Below the pieces are notes generated by a model, which saw nothing but the letters and a program-made list of their open reading frames with translations, ran no database searches and was not told where the DNA came from. This document shows, one piece after another, positions 17,601 to 25,345 of a DNA stretch of 32,000 nucleotides (position 1 is the stretch's first letter; each line of letters begins with the position of its first letter). Origin of the DNA: Acaryochloris marina S15 (lineage in GTDB: Bacteria; Cyanobacteriota; Cyanobacteriia; Thermosynechococcales; Thermosynechococcaceae); assembly GCF_018336915.1 (NCBI RefSeq), contig NZ_CP064923.1:4260001-4292000 (forward strand). Reading direction: 5' to 3'. Position numbers and translations under genes: made by a program.

Positions 17601-20600
17601 CTCGTTGCTATAGCGTAATCAATATCAGCAGGGGGAGGTGGTGCAACGTCATCGTTCAAGATGGTTGTGGTGGCAGTATCAGTACTAATGGTTGCTGTGC
17701 CAGAAGCAGTCCCATTCGCAAGGGACACAATGATGGTTTCATCGGACTCAATATCCGTATCACCTAGAACATCTAGGGTGATAGTTTTGCTGGTTTCATC
17801 CGCACCAAAATTGATAGTTCCAGTTAAACCAGAAGCACCACTAGTTCCACTAATATTGTTGAAATCTTCAGTGTTAGTTGCGGTGCCACCAATCGTAAAG
17901 TCAATGCTGCTGGCATCTTGAGTCGCACCTGTCCGAGTCACTGTGAAGGTAACTTGCTGTGCTCCACTATCTCCTTCTGTGACCGTAACTGCACTCGTCT
18001 CGATGGCGTAATCAATATCAGCTGGTGGAGGGGGAGCAACATCATCGTTCAAGATGGTTGTGGTAGCAGTAGCAGTACTGATGGTTGCTGTACTAGGAGC
18101 AGTAGCATTAGCAAGTGACACAACAATAGTTTCGTCAGGCTCAACAGTAGTGTCACCTAGAACATCAAGGGTAATCGTTTTACTGGTTTCACCCACACCA
18201 AAATTAATCGTGCCAGTTAAGCCTGAAGCACCACTGGTGCCACCAATATTGTTGAAATCTTCCGTATTGGTTGCTGTGCCGCCAATCGTAAAGTCGATAC
18301 TACTAGCAGCTTGAGCAGCAGCTACCTGAGCGAATGCACTGCTAGTAGATTGAATAGCACCTGTTCCTGTTTGAGTGACTGTAGCGTTAGCAACCTGAGT
18401 GATCTCTGTTCGAGTGATGGTGAAGGTGACTTGTTGGGCACCACTATCTCCCTCAGTGAGCGTTACGGCACTCGTCGCTATAGCGTAATCAATATCAGCA
18501 GTTGGAGGGGGCGCAATGTCATCATCAGTAATAATCAAGGTGCTACTGGTATTGGAAAATCCGATGGCCGATGCACTAATCATGACGAGTTGATTCCCAT
18601 CAACTACAACATCATCCACTCCATTGATAGCGAATTGGACTGAATTTTGGCCATCGAGAATAGTGACTTGAGCTGGTACTGATGCTTCAGTAACATCATT
18701 GCTAGCTAGATCAACCGTTAAATCACCAATCGTTGAATTCCGAGTCAATGTTGCGGTAGCTATACCACCATTTTCTGAAATGCTATTGGGGCTAATACTT
18801 AAACTCAGAGAAGGCGAAGAGGCCCCACCAAAATTCAAGATATAGTTCCCAGTTGTATCACCCACACCATCAACAAGCAGCGTGTAGGTTCCGGCATTCT
18901 GAATCTGAAAGTTCTCTATTGAAACGTCTCTAGCGTTCAGTGGTGAGCTTTGCTCGTCTAAAACAGTCGTACCATTCGCATCCAACAATCGAATTCGGAC
19001 TCGGCCTCCCGTTAAATTATCGACAAAGGCTTCTATCAGGTCGCCAGATTGAGCGGTAAAGGTATAAGCTTCTCCATCACCGGCAAAGTCGAGAGATGAT
19101 GCGACGACTTGGTTGTCCGCTATAGTTTGAGCGTTCTCTGTAAAGTTGGTCAGACCTACGGTGTAGTTACCGGTGGCATCTCCCACCCCATCGACTAACA
19201 GGGTGTACTGACCTGTTGATGCAATGGCAAATGGGAGTGATGTTAATTCTCCAACACCAACGTCTCTAGCGTTCAGTGGTGAGCTTTGCTCGTCTAAAAC
19301 AGTCACGCCATTCGCATCCAACAATCGAATTCGGACTCGGCCTCCTGTCAAATTATCAACAAAGGCTTCAATTAAGTCACCGGATTGAGCGGTAAAGGTA
19401 TAAGCTTCGCCATCACCGGCGAAGTCGAGAGATGATGTGACAACTTGGTTGTCCGCTATGATCTGGGAGTTCTCTGTAAAGTTGGTCAGACCTACGGTGT
19501 AGTTACCGGTGGCATCTCCCACCCCATCGACTAACAGGGTGTACTGACCTGTTGATGCAATGGCAAATGGGAGTGATGTTAATTCTCCAACACCAACGTC
19601 TCTAGCGTTCAGTGGTGAGCTTTGCTCGTCTAAAACAGTCACGCCATTCGCATCTAACAATCGGATGCGAACTCGGCCTCCTGTCAAATTATCGACAAAG
19701 GCTTCTATCAGGTCGCCTGCCTGAGCGGTAAAGGTATAAGCTTCGCCATCACCGGCAAAGTCAAGAGATGATGTGACAACTTGGTTGTCCGCTATGATCT
19801 GGGAGTTCTCTGTAAAGTTGGTCAGACCTACGGTGTAGTTACCGGTGGCATCTCCCACCCCATCGACTAACAGGGTGTACTGACCTGTCGATGCAATGGC
19901 AAATGGGAGTGATGTTAATTCTCCAACACCAACGTCTCTAGCGTTCAGTGGTGAGCTTTGCTCGTCTAAAACAGTCACGCCATTGGCATCTAACAATCGG
20001 ATGCGAACTCGGCCTCCTGTCAAATTATCGACAAAGGCTTCTATCAGGTCGCCTGTCTGAGCTGTGAAGGTATAGGCTTCTCCATCACCAGCAAAGTCGA
20101 GAGATGATGTGACAACTTGGTTGTCCGCTATAGTTTGAGCGTTCTCTGTAAAGTTGGTCAGACCTACGGTGTAGTTACCGGTGGCATCTCCCACCCCATC
20201 GACTAACAGGGTGTACTGACCTGTTGATGCAATGGCAAATGGGAGTGATGTTAATTCTCCAACACCAACGTCTCTAGCGTTCAGTGGTGAGCTTTGCTCG
20301 TCTAAAACAGTCACGCCATTCGCATCCAACAATCGAATTCGGACTCGGCCTCCTGTCAAATTATCAACAAAGGCTTCAATTAAGTCACCGGATTGAGCGG
20401 TAAAGGTATAAGCTTCGCCATCACCGGCAAAGTCGAGAGATGATGCGACGACTTGGTTGTCCGCTATAGTTTGAGCGTTCTCTGTAAAGTTGGTCAGACC
20501 TACGGTGTAGTTACCGGTGGTGTTTCCTACGCCAGCCACCACAAGCGTATACTGACCTGTTGCTGCAATGGCAAATGGTAGCGAGGTCAATCCAATACCA

Positions 20601-20809
20601 GCATCTCGAGCGTTCAAGGGTGAGCTTTGCTCTTCTAGAACAGTCACACCATCTGAATCTAGTAGCTGAATTTGGACTCGGCCTCCCGTCAAATTATCGA
20701 CAAAGGCTTTAATCAAGTCTCCTGCTTGGGCGGTGAAGGTATAACTTTGAGTGTCTCCTATCGAGGCAATACTTGCAGCAAGGCTTTGGTCATCATTTAT
20801 AGGAGGCAT
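14684..20809 (-). CDS. Giant (2041 aa) secreted-type repeat protein: 6 PPC-like domains, about 9 Calx-beta domains, an acidic linker, RTX nonapeptide repeats and a C-terminal secretion-type tail; likely a T1SS substrate / adhesin
   Basis: No N-terminal signal peptide. Units of 112 aa ([37 protein letters not shown]...[22 protein letters not shown]) follow the PPC pattern. Units of 131 aa ([28 protein letters not shown]...[11 protein letters not shown].EDF...[27 protein letters not shown]..VSL) follow the Calx-beta pattern. The C-terminus has GGxGxD nonapeptides ([71 protein letters not shown]). Confidence 0.9.
   Translation of the reverse strand: [2041 protein letters not shown]
14918..15187 (-). 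repeat. RTX (hemolysin-type Ca-binding) nonapeptide repeat block
   Basis: About 10 consecutive GGxGxDxLx-type nonapeptides in the translation of this segment, preceded by the Asp/Glu/Asn-rich linker [24 protein letters not shown]. Confidence 0.85.
15296..18524 (-). repeat. Tandem 393-bp coding repeats (8 units; the 5'-most unit is 477 bp) encoding Calx-beta domains
   Basis: The marker G(C/G)GTAATCAATATCAG recurs at about 15648, 16041, 16434, 16827, 17220, 17613 and 18006 (393-bp period), and then at 18483 (477 bp). Confidence 0.9.
18800..20809 (-). repeat. Tandem 336-bp coding repeats (6 units) encoding the PPC-like domains
   Basis: The marker CCGCTAT(A/G) recurs at 19117, 19453, 19789, 20125 and 20461, an exact 336-bp period. 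The four central units are near-identical at DNA level; the first and last units are more diverged. Confidence 0.9.
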
Positions 20810-21883
20810 TTTTCTACCTAAGATAAGTTTTTATTTTTTTGCAAAACCTCAGATGCAAATGAACTTAGCTTCATCTACATCCAGTATTCAAAATTCACAT
20901 GCCATCAGATTCCCAAGGTCTAAAATCAGCATATGATTATCGCTACTCAATGACTTCCTGAGATAATCAACAGAGCATCAAAGCTAAGGTGGGAAGATTC
21001 CTAAATAGTTATAAATTGAGACATTCATGGATAAAAAGCCAAGTCCTGATAGCTGGGCACAAAAACCACCTAAGCTAGACTAGCAATTGGTTACACTTAT
21101 CAATTTCAGCACTAAGAACAACATCTTAGGCTTATCTATTGACACAGATAGCTAAGCTAGAGACGTGCGAGATCTATTGATAACAATAGCTTCTACGAAA
21201 TACTTTCCTTAAAAAATTAAATATAGAAAATTTCAAAAATAGATTTTTGCATAATACTATCCAAAAAAGAATTTAATGACAACTTCATTCCAATAAGAAA
21301 TTTACAATTTAATCCAATCAAACACCCAAAACTTTAACGAAACTTTTTTATATTAACCAATAAAAAATAGAGGAAATAATAAAGAGATCTAAAGCCAGCA
21401 AAAGACTTATAAATATCTAATTTTGTCTAAATCATTGAAGGCATTCACGTTATATATGCAGAGAAACAAAGGCTTCAGATTGCTTTAAAGGAATTTGCTA
21501 CTTATCAAAATCTACTGATAACCCTGTTGATTAGATAGGAAAGAGCTGTCTTGAAGTTTGCGATCGCAACTCATCCACCCGACAAACATCACGCAGAATG
21601 GCCAATGCTAACTGGCCAAGAATGGCAATCGCTAATCCAACAGTTCACCGGAGACGATGCAGCCATTTCCCACTCCTTACAGTGGATATATCAGCAAGAG
21701 GGGGCAGAGGTATAGTTGATTCTGAAGCTAATGGAGTTTATGGGGAGCGCTATGACAGCCACCAAAAGCTTGAATAATACTGGCACGCCAGAGTGAACAG
21801 AATTGCCATCACCCAAATTGGCATATTTGTCTATTACTGCCAGAAGAATATTAGATCTGTAATCGTACATGGATAAAGACAGG

Positions 21884-22393
21884 TCACTTAAATCCACTTT
21901 CCTGACTTAAACTCATGCGAGAGCCTATCGCTTCAAAGCCCTGCGCTTGATAGAATTTCAATGCTGATGAATCGGAACTATACATGTCAAACCAAATCCA
22001 TTTCAGGTTGTCTATCTCTTGAGCAAACCGTTTCATTGTTGAAATCAGCTGACTTCCCACTCCTGTTCTACGAAATTCCTGCACTACATAGATTTGGTGC
22101 AAGTAGAGAATTTTTCTGGCATGAGAAAAGATAGTTTCTTCTCGTTCGCAAACCTCAAAATGGATATATCCAACCCGTTGGTCATCAACCACTGCAACAT
22201 AGATGAATTCTTGCTCTACACCTATTTTTTCTTCTAAATAGTCCCTAGCGTTTTCCAACAGTAGGAGACGATGGATATCTGGGTGTGATTGCACTGCCAT
22301 TTGGCTGAGACGAGTCATCAAATGGGCTACAGCACTAATATCAGCCTTCTCTATGCTTCGGATAATGGGGCCACATACCTCTGTACTTTCCAT
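21884..22393 (-). CDS. GNAT-family N-acetyltransferase
   Basis: 169 aa. The acetyl-CoA-binding motif VVQEFRRTGVGSQLISTMKRFA (Q/R-x-x-G-x-G/A) and the C-terminal KFYQAQGFE are typical of GNAT proteins. Confidence 0.8.
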   Translation of the reverse strand: MESTEVCGPIIRSIEKADISAVAHLMTRLSQMAVQSHPDIHRLLLLENARDYLEEKIGVEQEFIYVAVVDDQRVGYIHFEVCEREETIFSHARKILYLHQIYVVQEFRRTGVGSQLISTMKRFAQEIDNLKWIWFDMYSSDSSALKFYQAQGFEAIGSRMSLSQESGFK

Positions 22394-22472
22394 GGTCCAC
22401 TCACCTATTTATTTTCTATAATATTTTCGACTTGAGGGACTGCAACCCCTCTCCATTTCAAACCCTTAAAAT

Positions 22473-23147
22473 CTAAGCTTCGCTCGCAGCTGTTGGGTCT
22501 GCTGGTAATCGTTGAGACACAAGCGCAAAAAATGGATCTCCGCCCCCTAAACCCATCCAAGATAACAAGGTTGATTGAGGCGTTTGATTGGAGATTACTT
22601 GGGGCTTACTCAGACCTGTGACAGAGCCCATATAGGACTGCACTAGCTGTACCCGCTGCTCATCACTCCCATCTCGCCAAACCTGAATTGCTTTTTGATA
22701 AAACATGCGGTTGGAGAAGCTCACAATGACTACGCCACCAGGCTTAAGTACTCGGTGGATTTCGCTAAAAATTGCTTCAGGGTATTGCAAATACTGCACG
22801 GAAACGGCAATCAGCACCGCATCAAAAGTTTGATCTGCTTGAGGAAGCTGCAGCTCTTTGTTGAGATTTTGGACAAAACACTCATCAAAGCGAGGATTCT
22901 TGGCTAGCTCTTCAGCATTTAGGCCATGACCAATCACCTGCTCAAACTTGATATCCTCTGGCAGGTGAGACACCCAACTACTCATCAAATCTAAGAGGGT
23001 AAATCCAGGTTGGAGATGCTGTCGGTACAGATCAGTGAGTTGTTGAATAAACCCATCATCAACATGGGTGACAAAGCGCGGATAATCGTAGAAAGACTGA
23101 TCATCACCGTTGTCTAGCTTGGTTCGTTGATGGGGTTGCAGCGACAT
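22473..23147 (-). CDS. Class I SAM-dependent methyltransferase (type 11-like)
   Basis: Contains LLDLMSSWVSHLP (motif I-like), FDAVLIAVSVQYL and VLKPGGVVIVSFSN (post-I/II/III blocks). The track ORF starts with GTG at 23165; I prefer the ATG at 23147 (MSLQPHQ). Confidence 0.75.
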   Translation of the reverse strand: MSLQPHQRTKLDNGDDQSFYDYPRFVTHVDDGFIQQLTDLYRQHLQPGFTLLDLMSSWVSHLPEDIKFEQVIGHGLNAEELAKNPRFDECFVQNLNKELQLPQADQTFDAVLIAVSVQYLQYPEAIFSEIHRVLKPGGVVIVSFSNRMFYQKAIQVWRDGSDEQRVQLVQSYMGSVTGLSKPQVISNQTPQSTLLSWMGLGGGDPFFALVSQRLPADPTAASEA

Positions 23148-23313
23148 AGTCAGGGCAAAATACACTCCAGAGATTTCCCTTAGCCTTCATCACAAAGACT
23201 GAGGTTAAGCCTAAGGCTTACCTCAAAGTGTAAAAGAATATGATTCACAGGTGTGTTGCCTCCTATTCGTTAGGCTAGAGCACCCTGGATATTATGTAAG
23301 AACCATGCCTAAC

Positions 23314-23925
23314 CTAGAGACGCTTACACAGCAGGAGTCGTTTAGGAGACGCAAAAAAGATATTTGGCCAAGCAGGTGGGCTGTCTACGAGCTGATAACC
23401 CGCTTTGGCATACAGTCGACGGGCAGGGGTATTGTCATCCATGACATGAAGATATAGACGAGGATGTCCCCACTGGCGAACCAGTTCTTCACAGGCAAAC
23501 AAGAGCTGTTTACCCACTCCCTGACAACGACATTGAGAGGCCACCGCTAGGTTGGAGATATAAGGCACAGACGGCGCAAAGGGCAACCAAGGCGACAAGG
23601 ATTTCAGGGCTACCTCAACGGTGCCAACGAGTTCTGACTCTACGGACACATCCTGGGCAACCTGAGCGCCAATCAAACTCGTAAACGGCATTAGGCGAAC
23701 GCTGTAACGGGATTGGAGATCGTGAAAGATACCCATTTGCATGATGGGATTAAACCACGATTGCCACCCATCCTGGGGATAAAAACACCGACAAAGAAGG
23801 GCTGCCACCTCAGACAAATCTTGCTGTTTTAAAGTACGCAGTCGAAAAGAGGCATCTACTCGACTGATATATCGAGCGCCGTCAATGGCGGAGTCTTTGG
23901 ACCGAAAAATACCTAAATCTGCCAC
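23314..23925 (-). CDS. GNAT-family N-acetyltransferase
   Basis: 203 aa with a GTG start. Contains ISNLAVASQCRCQGVGKQLLFACEELV (Q-x-x-G-x-G) and ARRLYAKAGYQL. Confidence 0.8.
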   Translation of the reverse strand: MADLGIFRSKDSAIDGARYISRVDASFRLRTLKQQDLSEVAALLCRCFYPQDGWQSWFNPIMQMGIFHDLQSRYSVRLMPFTSLIGAQVAQDVSVESELVGTVEVALKSLSPWLPFAPSVPYISNLAVASQCRCQGVGKQLLFACEELVRQWGHPRLYLHVMDDNTPARRLYAKAGYQLVDSPPAWPNIFFASPKRLLLCKRL

Positions 23926-24021
23926 GATTTTCTATAGAATCTGCACGAAACAATCTAAGTCTTAAAGCAGGAATGCCAGCCATTATAAGGCGATCCACCT
24001 AGGGAAAGCCTTACAATTTCT

Positions 24022-24930
24022 TTACGGAGTATCCGAGTCTTTAGGGGCGGTACTTGCAGACGTTCCATCGTCCGTTTCCACGTCCAGTTCACTCAAGGCA
24101 GCCTGGATTTCAGGGGTCGCAAATACGACTTTCGTATCGGCAATCAATTTTTCGCCCCAGAGATTTTCCTCTAGGAAAGCCACCTTGCCATAGCGTCCAT
24201 CCAGTTTCAGGGCAGACATGGCTAGGGATACCCCTTCTTCTTTATCTCCTTCAACATAGGTGGCGACCGCCAGAGCTAGCTTCGGTTCACCGGATTTTTC
24301 ATCAATCTCGATGGCCGATTTCCACTGTTTAATCGCCCGACTGACATTTCCTTTTTCGTATTGAACTAAGCCAATATTGTTGATGGCAGGCCAGAATTTT
24401 TCGTTTTGATCCAAGGATTTTTCATACTGCTTGATGGCATCTTTCAATTTGCCCATCTTGTAAAAGGTATTGCCCAAGTCAAATAGAGCTTCTGGAACGT
24501 CTGGCTTAATTTTGAGCCCCGACGATAATAGTTGGGCCGCTTGCTCATATTTCTCTTGACCAAAGTAGGCGGCACCTAGGCTGAAATGAACCCCTGCATT
24601 TTTGGCATTCAAGGTTCTGGATTTTTCTAGGGCAGAAATCCCTTTGTCGACTTTCTTTTGGCTGAGGTATAACCCTCCCAGCAAGGCCCAGGCATCTGCA
24701 GACTTGGGAGCGAGTTGAGTCGCTAACTTCACGCGGGCTAGGGCAGGTTCAACTTGCTGAAATTGGCTCAGGTAAACGGCTTCTTTGAATAAGATTAGCC
24801 CGGTCTTCTCTAGTTCTTTGGAGTCAATTTTAAGCGTCCGAGGCGCAACTGCCTGTCCTAAAGCAGGTTGGGCAATAGCACCAAGACCTACGGCTAGGAA
24901 AAGCGAAATTAGAGTTGAACGTTGAAGCAC
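24022..24930 (-). CDS. Secreted/periplasmic tetratricopeptide-repeat protein
   Basis: GTG start, signal peptide LISLFLAVGLGAIAQPALGQA, then about 5 TPR units (A.AWALLGGLYL...A...LEKS..LN, ALFDLGNTFYKMGKLKDAIKQYEKSLDQN, and others). Confidence 0.8.
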   Translation of the reverse strand: MLQRSTLISLFLAVGLGAIAQPALGQAVAPRTLKIDSKELEKTGLILFKEAVYLSQFQQVEPALARVKLATQLAPKSADAWALLGGLYLSQKKVDKGISALEKSRTLNAKNAGVHFSLGAAYFGQEKYEQAAQLLSSGLKIKPDVPEALFDLGNTFYKMGKLKDAIKQYEKSLDQNEKFWPAINNIGLVQYEKGNVSRAIKQWKSAIEIDEKSGEPKLALAVATYVEGDKEEGVSLAMSALKLDGRYGKVAFLEENLWGEKLIADTKVVFATPEIQAALSELDVETDDGTSASTAPKDSDTP

Positions 24931-25167
24931 AGTAGATGCCCAAATATAACGTATTCATAAGTTAGCTTAGCTCAGTTTTTCAGCTCTTGACTGAAACCGT
25001 TACAGACTATTGATTGTGAAAATGGAATCAGCAATTGATAGGTGCCCTCCTATTCCAGATTCTCCCCCCCAACAAATGACTTTTGCCGTTATGATTCGGT
25101 TGTTAGAATTATTAAGTCTTGTACACATTCAATTGGCAACGAGGGTACCTTGGTGGATAGTCAAACG

Positions 25168-25329
25168 ATGCGCGATCGCATTGCCTTAGTGGAATCAAAA
25201 CGTGGGTTATTGGTGCAGTTGCTCGATCAGCCAGATTTAGGCACGCTCCGCATTGACGTCAACCAGGCCCTAGAGGAAATGGATGACCTGATTGATGAAT
25301 TCAGAAAAACCTTTCCTGCCGATGCATAG
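25168..25329 (+). CDS. Hypothetical small (53 aa) helical protein upstream of selU
   Basis: ATG at 25168: MRDRIALVESKRGLLVQLLDQPDLGTLRIDVNQALEEMDDLIDEFRKTFPADA. It ends 16 nt before the selU ATG. The track's GTG start at 25042 adds an implausible N-terminus. No family recognised. Confidence 0.35.
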   Translation: MRDRIALVESKRGLLVQLLDQPDLGTLRIDVNQALEEMDDLIDEFRKTFPADA

Positions 25330-25345
25330 AGACTGCTAGACCTGG

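Noticed and set aside
15086-18643. A series of about 20 plus-strand ORFs of 64-121 aa recurring every 393 bp, antisense to the giant gene.
   Set aside because: They are periodic by-products of the tandem coding repeats on the minus strand. Their translations are Ser/Val/Cys-rich low-complexity sequence with no start context, and they fully overlap a well-supported 2041-aa ORF.
14684-20809. Regular tandem repeats that could superficially suggest a CRISPR array or a satellite.
   Set aside because: The repeat units are 336 and 393 bp, contiguous with no unique spacers, multiples of 3, and in frame within one long ORF encoding recognisable protein domains.
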